Shown: piece by piece, positions 1 to 8,789 of the stretch
Layout: the number at the start of each line of letters is the position of its first letter
Position numbering within the stretch: the stretch's first letter is position 1
Assembly: GCF_017471675.1 (NCBI RefSeq)
Contig: NZ_JAFUSK010000076.1
Span: 193-64,192, forward strand
Origin: Pseudobutyrivibrio sp.
GTDB taxonomy: Bacteria; Bacillota; Clostridia; Lachnospirales; Lachnospiraceae
Reading direction: 5' to 3'
Length of the DNA: 64,000 nt
Program-made: the position numbers and the translations under genes
Notes under the pieces: generated by a model
The model's input: only the letters and a program-made list of their open reading frames with translations
The model's database searches: none
Told to the model about the DNA's origin: nothing

Positions 1-1
1 T

Positions 2-85
2 GTCTGTGAGATACATACAGTACCGACAGAATTGTCAAACCTTGAAAGAACACGTGTAATAAAGAATGCGAGTTGTGGCATTTAG
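2..85 (+). CDS. Possible 3' end of a gene entering the window
   Basis: Frame open from base 2 (VCEIHTVPTELSNLERTRVIKNASCGI) to TAG at 83-85; too short to assign. Confidence 0.3.
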   Translation, partial: VCEIHTVPTELSNLERTRVIKNASCGI

Positions 86-99
86 AAAATCAGCAATTC

Positions 100-205
100 T
101 TCGACTGTGCAAGCAGCTAGGGGTGTTTACTGAGCTCTTGACGGACACACTTAAAGCATTCGTCAGCTAGCCCAGGGCAGGTGTGAGGGGACCTGGGGCT
201 AAATC
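100..205. other. GC-rich structured intergenic element (two hairpins with complementary loops)
   Basis: TGACG 139-143 pairs with CGTCA 161-165; AGCCCAGG 169-176 pairs with CCTGGGGCT 192-200; loops carry CACAC 146-150 and GTGTG 181-185. Confidence 0.4.
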
Positions 206-284
206 CACATTTTCGCATTTCTTGTATGTCCGTTAATAGCAACTTGTGATATACTAAACACAAATTGTGTTTGAAGGAAATAGT

Positions 285-1277
285 ATGGATAAATTTGAAA
301 CCTTGGGTTGCCAGTTCGAGGGCAAGCGGGTTCTTTATATAACAACTAAAAATCTGGATTATATCAGGGTTACGCAGGAGATTGATTACCTACAGCAAAA
401 GGCAGCCGGCCTTACGGTAATCGGAAGCAAAAGTAAGAGCTATCCTAAGAGGCTTGCCTATGTGTGGCTTAGTCTAATTAGGCAGTCCGTGAGGGATGTT
501 GATGTGGTCTTTGTGGGATTTTCACCTCAGCTGGTGGTTCCGTTTTTTAGGAGAAAGCTTAAGAGAAGGCAGCTGTTTATAGATTTCTTTATATCGGTGT
601 ATGACACCATGATTATGGATAGAAAGAAGTTTAGGGACGGTGGCCTGGTGGAGAAGCTTACCCATAAGCTGGATGAAGCTACCATCAAAAGTGCAGATTA
701 TGTAGTGTGTGATACTGTGGCTCACGGCACTTTTTTCTCAGAGGAATTTGGAAAAGAAATTGATAAGATTTACGTGTACTATCTGCATGCTAATAAGGCT
801 ATTTATCACCCTATGGCAGATGTCGGCATCGAGGCAAAAAGCGAAAAAAAGAAGGTGCTGTACTTTGGTTCTATCCTAAACCTTCAGGGGGTGGATGTAA
901 TCTTGGATGCCGTTAGGGAATTTGCAGATGATGATAGAATCAGCTTTGAGATAATCGGCCCAATATCAGATAAGATGCAAAAACCGATTCAGCCAAACGT
1001 AACTTATATTGATTGGCTTACACAGGAGGATTTGGCTAAGCATATCGGAGTAGCAGATTTGTGCCTGGCAGGTCATTTTTCTGGGAATATTATGAAGGCT
1101 AAGCGAACCATCCCTGGTAAGGCATATATCTATGAGGCTATGGAAAAGCCAATGATACTTGGTGATGGCATGGCCAACCACGAATTGTTTAATGCCGACA
1201 AAAAACATATTTTTGTAGAAATGGGAAATCCAAAGGCACTGGCTGGTGCAATAAGGGATTATTTTGAATATGAGTGA
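285..1277 (+). CDS. GT-B fold (family 4-like) glycosyltransferase
   Basis: ATG 285 after AAGGAA; C-terminal KVLYFGSILNLQGVDVILDA...IGVADLCLAG...GKAYIYEAMEKPMIL resembles the Glycos_transf_1 region. Confidence 0.75.
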   Translation: MDKFETLGCQFEGKRVLYITTKNLDYIRVTQEIDYLQQKAAGLTVIGSKSKSYPKRLAYVWLSLIRQSVRDVDVVFVGFSPQLVVPFFRRKLKRRQLFIDFFISVYDTMIMDRKKFRDGGLVEKLTHKLDEATIKSADYVVCDTVAHGTFFSEEFGKEIDKIYVYYLHANKAIYHPMADVGIEAKSEKKKVLYFGSILNLQGVDVILDAVREFADDDRISFEIIGPISDKMQKPIQPNVTYIDWLTQEDLAKHIGVADLCLAGHFSGNIMKAKRTIPGKAYIYEAMEKPMILGDGMANHELFNADKKHIFVEMGNPKALAGAIRDYFEYE

Positions 1278-3120
1278 GATTAAAGAATATAAACAACCTA
1301 CTAATAAAATAGAAAAGGGTCTGCTTTATTTGCAGCATTATGGTGTGAAAAAGACTGTGGCCAAGACCATCAGAAAAATGATGGGTCATGACCAGGAACA
1401 CTATAGCTATAGGCAGTTTTTAAAGGAGAACCCTGTTAGCGAGCAGGAACTTGAAAATCAGCGCCAGACAGTGTTTGCGTATAATCCAGTTATTAGTATC
1501 GTAATTCCGTTATACAATACAAAGGAGAAGTTTCTTACAGAGCTGATTCATTCCTTTACGGATCAGACTTATCCACATTGGCAGCTTTGCCTTGGGGATG
1601 GCAGTCCTAAGGAAGGTCTTTACGATATTATTAAGGCTGCCACAGGCGGCAAATGGGATGAGAGAATCGTCTATAAAAAGCTTACTGATAATACGGGAAT
1701 CGCTGGTAATACTAATGCAGCTATGGAGCTTGCCACTGGAGATTATATCGGATTTACGGATCATGATGATTTGATAACACCAGATGCAATGTATTATATT
1801 GCAGAGGCTCTTAATAAAGATAGAACAATCGAAGCAATCTATTCCGACGAGGATAAGATTGATATGGAGGGCAAGGAGTATTTCCTTCCTCATTTTAAAT
1901 CAGATTTCAATATTGATTTGTTATGCTCTCATAATTATATCACCCATCTGTTTGTTGTCAGGGCAGATATTGCAAAAGCAAGCGGCGGTATCCTTTCTGA
2001 GTTTGATGGAGCACAGGACCATGATTTTGATTTGAGAGTCCTTGAAAAATGCACTAACATCTATCATATTCCAAGGGTGCTTTATCACTGGAGATGCCAT
2101 CCGGATTCTACAGCAGACCATCCAGAGGCAAAGATGTATGCCTACGAAAACGGCAGACGTGCTGTGGAGAACCATTATAAGAGACTTGGAATTCCAGCAA
2201 GGGTAGAGCTTGATACTCATCTGGGATATTATAGAACTATATATGAGTGGCCAGATACACCACTTCTTTCTATCATCATTCCTAATATGAATCATGAGGA
2301 GGATTTGAAGGAATGTATCGATAGCATTGTGGAGAAGACTACTTATCCTAATTATGAATTTATAATTGTGGAAAACAATTCTGCTGATGAAAAGCTTCGT
2401 GGATATTATCAGGAACTGGAAAGAAGAAACGATATTAGCGCAAGAGTGTGTGATTTTACAAAGGCACATCCTGATACAAAGGGTACCTTTAATTTCTCTG
2501 CACTTATTAATTATGGTGTGCGCCAGGCTCTTGGCGAATATCTGCTTCTTCTTAATAACGACACAAGGATGATTAATGGTGATGCCATTTCAGAGATGAT
2601 GGGCTTCATCAGAAGAGAAGATGTGGGAGCAGTAGGTGCAAGGCTTTACTATGGCAATAATACTGTGCAGCATGCAGGCCTTATTATTGGTCTTGGTGGT
2701 GTTGCTAATTCCCAGTTTTTAGGAAGTGGCAGAGAGCAGGTAGGATATTTTTACAGAAGCACCTGCGTCCAGGATTTGTCAGCAGTTACAGGTGCATGTC
2801 TTCTTACAAAGCGCTCTGCATTTAATACAGTAGGTGGCTTTGATGAGGGGCTTGCAGTAGCATTTAACGATGTGGATTATTGCCTTAAGCTTAGGGCAAA
2901 AGATTTGCTGTGTGTTTACACACCATTTTCAGAGTGGTATCATTTAGAATCTGTCAGCCGTGGCCTTGACCATGAGGATCCAGATAGAAAGGCCAGAATG
3001 GATGCAGAGACAAAATATTTTATGACAAAGTGGAAGGATACATACAGTAAGGGAGACCCTTATTACAATCCTAACTTGTCACTTACAAAATTTGATTATT
3101 CTTTTAAGAGTAAGGAGTAG
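1264..3120 (+). CDS. Two-domain family 2 glycosyltransferase
   Basis: Two GT-A modules: ISIVIPLYN...FTDHDD and LSIIIPNMN...LLLNND...AVTGACLL...FNDVDYCLKL. Confidence 0.9.
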   Translation: MNMSEIKEYKQPTNKIEKGLLYLQHYGVKKTVAKTIRKMMGHDQEHYSYRQFLKENPVSEQELENQRQTVFAYNPVISIVIPLYNTKEKFLTELIHSFTDQTYPHWQLCLGDGSPKEGLYDIIKAATGGKWDERIVYKKLTDNTGIAGNTNAAMELATGDYIGFTDHDDLITPDAMYYIAEALNKDRTIEAIYSDEDKIDMEGKEYFLPHFKSDFNIDLLCSHNYITHLFVVRADIAKASGGILSEFDGAQDHDFDLRVLEKCTNIYHIPRVLYHWRCHPDSTADHPEAKMYAYENGRRAVENHYKRLGIPARVELDTHLGYYRTIYEWPDTPLLSIIIPNMNHEEDLKECIDSIVEKTTYPNYEFIIVENNSADEKLRGYYQELERRNDISARVCDFTKAHPDTKGTFNFSALINYGVRQALGEYLLLLNNDTRMINGDAISEMMGFIRREDVGAVGARLYYGNNTVQHAGLIIGLGGVANSQFLGSGREQVGYFYRSTCVQDLSAVTGACLLTKRSAFNTVGGFDEGLAVAFNDVDYCLKLRAKDLLCVYTPFSEWYHLESVSRGLDHEDPDRKARMDAETKYFMTKWKDTYSKGDPYYNPNLSLTKFDYSFKSKE

Positions 3121-3122
3121 CT

Positions 3123-4103
3123 ATGAAACTTATCATTCAAATTCCATGCTATAACGAGGCAGAAACACTTGAGATAGCTCTTAACGATTTGCCTAAGCAT
3201 ATTGATGGAATAGATGAAATCGAATATTTAATAATTAATGATGGCAGCAAGGATAATACTGTAGAAGTGGCCAGAAAATGGGGAGTTAATTACGTGGTTA
3301 ATTTCCGCCGCAACAAAGGCCTTGCTTATGGATTTATGGCAGGCATTGATGCATGCCTTAGAAATGGTGCAGATATTATCGTAAATACGGATGCAGATAA
3401 TCAGTATGTAGCAGATGATATTGAGCTTTTGGTTCGTCCTATTCTAGAGGGCAAATCTGATATTGTAATCGGCGAGCGTCCAATCGATGCCACTGAGCAT
3501 TTTTCGCCACTTAAGAAAAAGCTTCAGCATTTGGGAAGCTGGGTTGTGCAGAAGGCTAGTAATTCAGATATTCCAGATGCTCCAAGTGGATTTAGAGCTT
3601 ATTCAAGGGATGCAGCAATGCGTCTAAATGTCACAAACGATTACACATATACTCTTGAGACAATCGTTCAGGCTGGTAGAAACAAAATCGCTCAGACAAG
3701 TGTACCAATCAGAACTAATGGGGAGCTTCGTCCATCACGTCTTTTCAATAGCATGATGGGATATGTTAAGAAATCTATGGTTACAATCCTTAGAGCTTAT
3801 CTTATGTATCAGCCACTTAAGACATTTAGTGTGCTTGCAATTATTCCATTTATCGTAGGTCTTGGGGTGATTATTCGCTTCCTTGTTTTTGTAGCAATGG
3901 GTAATTCTGCAGGTCACATTCAATCTCTTATTTTAGGATGTACTCTTCTTATCATGGGATTTATTTCTCTTATGATTGCACTTATAGGAGATTTGCTTGC
4001 TAAGAATCGTAAGCTTTTAGAGGACATTGAATATCACACTAGAAAAATGGATTATGACGGTGTGAAGAATAATGATGGATATAAAAACAACAATAATTTA
4101 TAA
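3123..4103 (+). CDS. GT2, polyprenol-phosphate glycosyltransferase (DPM1/GtrB-like) with C-terminal TM helices
   Basis: MKLIIQIPCYNEAE, INDGSKD, NTDADNQY, DAPSGFRAY; two hydrophobic C-terminal segments. Confidence 0.85.
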   Translation: MKLIIQIPCYNEAETLEIALNDLPKHIDGIDEIEYLIINDGSKDNTVEVARKWGVNYVVNFRRNKGLAYGFMAGIDACLRNGADIIVNTDADNQYVADDIELLVRPILEGKSDIVIGERPIDATEHFSPLKKKLQHLGSWVVQKASNSDIPDAPSGFRAYSRDAAMRLNVTNDYTYTLETIVQAGRNKIAQTSVPIRTNGELRPSRLFNSMMGYVKKSMVTILRAYLMYQPLKTFSVLAIIPFIVGLGVIIRFLVFVAMGNSAGHIQSLILGCTLLIMGFISLMIALIGDLLAKNRKLLEDIEYHTRKMDYDGVKNNDGYKNNNNL

Positions 4104-4142
4104 TTGTATTATATAGATGGGGAAGTAACAGGGGGATAAGCG

Positions 4143-5567
4143 TTGTACAAAAAGAAAAAACGCTCTTGGGTAAAGCACTTGGATTTTATCATCCTTGATT
4201 TGCTGGCAGCGGAACTGGCACTTTATTTGGGTGTTATGATTAAGTTCAACGGAAGCATTATCTTTTTGGACAAATTCGAATGGTTCAACCTATATCAGAA
4301 TTTGGTTAAGATATTGCCTTTCATTGACTTGGCAGGTGTGTTTTTTACAGAGACCTACAAGGGCATTTTGCGGAGAACTAAATATGAAGAATTGATATCT
4401 ACTATCTGGCATTCAGCTGTGAATTTCCTTGGCGTGCTTTTGTATATGTACATGTCTAAGACTTCTTATATGCACTCTAGAACAGTACTGGGCGTGCTTG
4501 CTATTGGCATGGTTGTTTTTTCTTATTTGTTCAGAGTGGGATGGAAGCGTGTCATCAGACGTCGTAAGCTGTCAGATGTAAACAAGACTGCCATGGTAGT
4601 GGTAGCAGAATCTGACAATGTAGAAAATTGTCTTAACGAAATAGCACTTAGCCCATATCCTGAGTACAAGGTTGTGGGAGTTGCAGTTGTAGATAAAGAT
4701 ATGACAGGTCAGACAATTCAGGGAATTCCTGTTATTGCCAGTGCAGATACACTTTTTGAATATCTTCGCACCAGCGTGGTAGACGAAGTTTTCTTAGATG
4801 GTAACACCAGAAAAAGCGAGGAAAGCCTTGCAACAAGGCTGGTAGAGCAGGGGCTTACAGTGCATATACCACTTGTGCACACCAGCAATCTTATGCCTAA
4901 TCGTATAATGGAAAAATATGGTCAGTATATAGTGCTTACCACAAGCATGCATATTGCTAATAATCGTCAGGCATTTGCTAAGAGATTAATGGATATTATA
5001 GGTGCTATTGTGGGGCTGTTTTTTACATTAATAGCATTTATTATTTTTGCACCAATCATCAAAATCCAGTCACCTGGTCCTGTGTTCTTTACCCAGACCA
5101 GAATCGGAAAAAACGGTCGTAAGTTTAAGTTTTACAAATTCCGTACCATGTACATGGATGCTGAGGAACGAAAGAAAGACTTGGTAGAAAAGAATGAAAT
5201 CAAAGGAAATATGTTTAAGATGGAGAATGATCCTAGAGTTATTCCTATTGGGCGTTTCCTTAGAAAACATTCTATTGATGAATTACCACAGTTTTTAAAT
5301 GTATTGGTAGGAGATATGTCTCTTGTGGGAACAAGACCACCTCTTGAGGACGAATACGAAAACTACGCATTGCATCACAGAGCCAGACTATCTATTAAGC
5401 CGGGTCTTACTGGTATGTGGCAGGTTAGTGGACGTAGTGATATCAAGGATTTTGAGCAGGTGGTGGCACTTGATACAGAGTACATTTCCAACTGGTCATT
5501 AGGATTAGATATTAAGATAATACTTAAAACAGTAGCAGTTGTATTTGGGGGAAAGGGCTCGAAGTAG
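4143..5567 (+). CDS. Priming sugar transferase (undecaprenyl-phosphate glycosyl-1-phosphate transferase, CpsE/WcaJ family)
   Basis: N-terminal TMs; KRLMDIIGA, PGPVFFTQTRIGKNG, FYKFRTM, SIDELPQFLNVLVGDMSLVGTRP, KPGLTGMWQVSGRS. Confidence 0.95.
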   Translation: MYKKKKRSWVKHLDFIILDLLAAELALYLGVMIKFNGSIIFLDKFEWFNLYQNLVKILPFIDLAGVFFTETYKGILRRTKYEELISTIWHSAVNFLGVLLYMYMSKTSYMHSRTVLGVLAIGMVVFSYLFRVGWKRVIRRRKLSDVNKTAMVVVAESDNVENCLNEIALSPYPEYKVVGVAVVDKDMTGQTIQGIPVIASADTLFEYLRTSVVDEVFLDGNTRKSEESLATRLVEQGLTVHIPLVHTSNLMPNRIMEKYGQYIVLTTSMHIANNRQAFAKRLMDIIGAIVGLFFTLIAFIIFAPIIKIQSPGPVFFTQTRIGKNGRKFKFYKFRTMYMDAEERKKDLVEKNEIKGNMFKMENDPRVIPIGRFLRKHSIDELPQFLNVLVGDMSLVGTRPPLEDEYENYALHHRARLSIKPGLTGMWQVSGRSDIKDFEQVVALDTEYISNWSLGLDIKIILKTVAVVFGGKGSK

Positions 5568-6931
5568 TGGCAGAAAATTATTTTTCATTAGTAGTCTGGA
5601 CCAACGAGACTGATATGGATAATTTTAAGGACTGTCTCGAGTCCATTGATGAACAGGAATATCGCGAATTCGAATTATATATTTTAGATAACAATCCATC
5701 AAATGAGATTGAGGTGACTATCAAGGAATTCTTCCCGGATATCGTTGATAAGGTTCACTATCGTAGGCTGAAAAAGAATAATGGCGCAGCTTACGCTTAT
5801 AATGTGGGCCTTCATTTTGCAGAAGGGAATTATGTGGTTTTCTTTGGGCAGCATGATAGATTAAGTGGAAACACTCTTAGTGCCCTAAATGAAAAGATAG
5901 AAGCCTTAGATAACAAGGATTGTATTGTCTATGCCGACCATGATGAACTGGTTGGTCTCGATAGAAAAAATCCTCATTTCAAATCAGATTTTAATAAAGA
6001 ATTATTTTTGCAGACAGATTACGTAGGGGATTTTGTCTGCATCTCAAAAAGCTTAAGTAGCAGGCTTGGGGAGTTTAACGAAAAGGCAAAGACATCCTAT
6101 TTATACGAATACATTCTAAGGGCAGCCTTTAAGAATGAACCTATTGTCCATGTGCCATCTCTTATCTATCACAAAAGAACAAGTGATAGGGCAATGAATA
6201 AGGAAGAGCGCAAGGCAGCAGAGTACTACTGCAAGGAGCACATGGCACTGGCTATTTCTTATTTAGGACAGGAAGAGGTTTTCTGTGACGGAAGAATCGA
6301 TGCTTCATTGAAAAAGTGGCATTTGAATTATGATGATTCTACATTTAGAAGATTTTCCAGCAATTACATGTTTCTAAGAGATGAAAATGTTAAGCTATAC
6401 ACCAGAAACAATGTAAAAAAGATGTATGCTTATCTATGTCAGCCTGATGTGGCTGTGGTGGGTGTGCGTTTTATAGATAGAGGCTTTAAGGTGGATAACG
6501 TGGGATATATCTTTGACACTGATGGTGCATGGTATCCGGCTTTTCACGGGCAAAGCCTGTTTAGGGATACATACGATGGAATAGGCAGTATGCCCCGTGA
6601 TGTATCTGTTGTAGACTGCGGATGTTGCCTGATAGATGCCAAGGTATACAGGATGCTTCACGGCTTTGACACAAGACTTACAGGACAGGATGCCATGTTT
6701 GATTTTTGTCTGAGGGCAAGAAAGCGTGGCTATAGGGTAATTGTTCTGCCAAGGGTGGTTGCCAGATGGAAGGATAGGGAAGTAGAAACTCCAACAGATA
6801 ATCATCAGCTGATTATGGAGAAGCATGGTGATTTTATACAAAAAGGTGATGAATTTTACAATAAAAATCTACCTATTGGAATGGAAAACTATATTCTTCC
6901 CGGAACACAAGAACAAAAAGAAGAAGATTAA
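5567..6931 (+). CDS. Degenerate GT2-like protein, paralogue of 1264..3120
   Basis: Shares PHFKSDFN and YADHDE/YSDED blocks and the C-terminal FDFCLRAR...GDEFYNKNL with 1264..3120. Confidence 0.7.
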   Translation: MAENYFSLVVWTNETDMDNFKDCLESIDEQEYREFELYILDNNPSNEIEVTIKEFFPDIVDKVHYRRLKKNNGAAYAYNVGLHFAEGNYVVFFGQHDRLSGNTLSALNEKIEALDNKDCIVYADHDELVGLDRKNPHFKSDFNKELFLQTDYVGDFVCISKSLSSRLGEFNEKAKTSYLYEYILRAAFKNEPIVHVPSLIYHKRTSDRAMNKEERKAAEYYCKEHMALAISYLGQEEVFCDGRIDASLKKWHLNYDDSTFRRFSSNYMFLRDENVKLYTRNNVKKMYAYLCQPDVAVVGVRFIDRGFKVDNVGYIFDTDGAWYPAFHGQSLFRDTYDGIGSMPRDVSVVDCGCCLIDAKVYRMLHGFDTRLTGQDAMFDFCLRARKRGYRVIVLPRVVARWKDREVETPTDNHQLIMEKHGDFIQKGDEFYNKNLPIGMENYILPGTQEQKEED

Positions 6932-6971
6932 ATTTGTATTTTATAAAATGCCATAGAATGCTCCCATATTC

Positions 6972-7012
6972 TTGACAAGTCTAGAATGAGTAGAGTAGAC
7001 TAGCATAGTCTA
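6972..7012 (+). promoter_or_regulatory. Putative sigma70 promoter of the LCP gene with a palindrome over the -10
   Basis: TTGACA 6972-6977, N18, TAGACT 6996-7001; palindrome TAGACTA-gca-TAGTCTA 6996-7012. Confidence 0.45.
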
Positions 7013-7071
7013 TTGCTTTAAAAAGTAGTAGCAAATTTGGTATCAAACTTAAGATTGGAGATATTCAGTTA

Positions 7072-8682
7072 ATGAGTAATTTCGAAGATTACGATTTGAG
7101 ACATGGAGAAGGCACAGGCCGTCGCAGACCTGCTAACAGACCTTCAGGAAGACCAAGTGGAAGCAGACCAAACGGAGGCAGACCAAACGGAAGCCGTCCA
7201 GTTAACAGAAATGGTCATAGCAGTCGTCCAAGTGGTTATTCAAATCATTCCATGGATTTAGATGACGAAATAGAATTATACGAGTACGATTCACAGTACG
7301 GATTTGAGGAAGATGATATGCCAGCTAGACGTTCAGCATCAAGCAGTGCCAGAAGGGCATCTGCCAGCCGCTCAGGAAGACCAGGTGGCAGTAGACCAAG
7401 TGGTAGACCTGGCAATCATTCAGGCAGCCACTCAGGTAGCTCTAGAAAGCCAGCATCCAAATCATCTGCAAAGGACAGCAGAGATGCAAGAGCAGTAGCT
7501 AGAGGCGGTGCAAGACGCCCAGCAGGAAAGAATGCTAAGAAGAAAAAGATGAAGCGCACCATTTTTGTTGTGGAGATTGCGGTACTTCTTGTTATCCTTA
7601 TTGTATTCTTCTTCTGGAGTAAGTTCGGTAAGGTTAATTGGGACAATATTAACATGGAAGAGCTTGAAAACGATAGCTTGGATGCAGAGACAAAGGAAGT
7701 CCTTAGCCAATATACAACCCTTGCACTTTTCGGTGTGGATAACCGTTCTAACGGTAATCTTGATACTGGTAACTCAGATACAATCATCCTGGTGTCAATT
7801 AACAACGACACTAAGGAAGTGAAGATGGTATCTGTTCAGCGTGATACTTACCTACAGGTTGAGGATGACAAATACAGAAAATGTAACTATGCATATAACC
7901 ACGGTGGTGTTGAATCAGCTATCGAGATGCTTAATAAGAACCTTGACCTTAACATAGCAGGTTATGTATCAGTTGATTTCAATGCAGTTGCTATGGTTGT
8001 TGATGACTTAGGCGGTCTTGACCTTGAGGTTACTCAGAAGATGATTGATACAAATAACCCAGAGACAGGTCAGAATGCACTTGCAGGTTATATTGCCGAG
8101 GTTGAAAACGTTCTTAAGTATTACCCAGATAAGGAAGAATACTGGGATAGAAATGACTGCTACTTTGATAAGCCAGGTGTATATCACATGAATGGTGCTC
8201 AGGTAGTTGGTTACTGCCGTAACAGATACGCAGTTGATAACGATTACGGTCGTGCTGAGAATCAGCGTAAGGTAATTAAGCTTTTAATTGAGAAGGCAAA
8301 GCATGCCAAGGTATCACAGCTTAATGATATTTGCGATGATGTATTCCCTAAGATTTCTACAAGTCTTAGCATGGGACAGTGCTTGTCGATGGCTACAGCT
8401 GTTGGTGATTACGAGGTTACAAACTCAACAGGTTTCCCATTTGCACTTAAGACTGCTAAGATTAGCTCTAAGATAGGTAGTGTAGTTGTTCCTTGTACAC
8501 TTACAAGCAATGTAGTTACACTTCATGAGTTCTTGTACGAGCAGGAGAATTACGATGCAACAGATGATGTAGTTGATAAGATTAGCGATTACATTCAGAA
8601 CGAAACTGGTTTCTCAGAATCTAGTGCTGAGATTAATCAGACACCGGATATGTCATCATCAGATGAAAAAGAGAAAAAATAA
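7072..8682 (+). CDS. LCP (LytR-CpsA-Psr) glycopolymer transferase with a long low-complexity N-terminus
   Basis: Single TM then LFGVDNR, GNSDTIILVSIN, VSVQRDTY, YCRNRY, DYGRAENQRKVI. Confidence 0.92.
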   Translation: MSNFEDYDLRHGEGTGRRRPANRPSGRPSGSRPNGGRPNGSRPVNRNGHSSRPSGYSNHSMDLDDEIELYEYDSQYGFEEDDMPARRSASSSARRASASRSGRPGGSRPSGRPGNHSGSHSGSSRKPASKSSAKDSRDARAVARGGARRPAGKNAKKKKMKRTIFVVEIAVLLVILIVFFFWSKFGKVNWDNINMEELENDSLDAETKEVLSQYTTLALFGVDNRSNGNLDTGNSDTIILVSINNDTKEVKMVSVQRDTYLQVEDDKYRKCNYAYNHGGVESAIEMLNKNLDLNIAGYVSVDFNAVAMVVDDLGGLDLEVTQKMIDTNNPETGQNALAGYIAEVENVLKYYPDKEEYWDRNDCYFDKPGVYHMNGAQVVGYCRNRYAVDNDYGRAENQRKVIKLLIEKAKHAKVSQLNDICDDVFPKISTSLSMGQCLSMATAVGDYEVTNSTGFPFALKTAKISSKIGSVVVPCTLTSNVVTLHEFLYEQENYDATDDVVDKISDYIQNETGFSESSAEINQTPDMSSSDEKEKK

Positions 8683-8692
8683 CTAGTTAATC

Positions 8693-8730
8693 AATGAGGA
8701 TTGACCATGAGGCCAATCCTCATTTTACTT
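8693..8730 (+). terminator. Rho-independent terminator
   Basis: AATGAGGATTG / CAATCCTCATT stem followed by a T-rich tract. Confidence 0.8.
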
Positions 8731-8789
8731 TTATGTTAAATAGTAGTAAAATGTAGAGGCTTTTATAATGCAAAGAAAGGAATTTTTTT

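Noticed and set aside
113-200. TPP or c-di-GMP riboswitch
   Set aside because: TAGGGGTG...CTGAG resembles the TPP 5' part, but the CCTGAT...GTAGG half is missing; no GCAAA/GACGCAAA c-di-GMP motifs.
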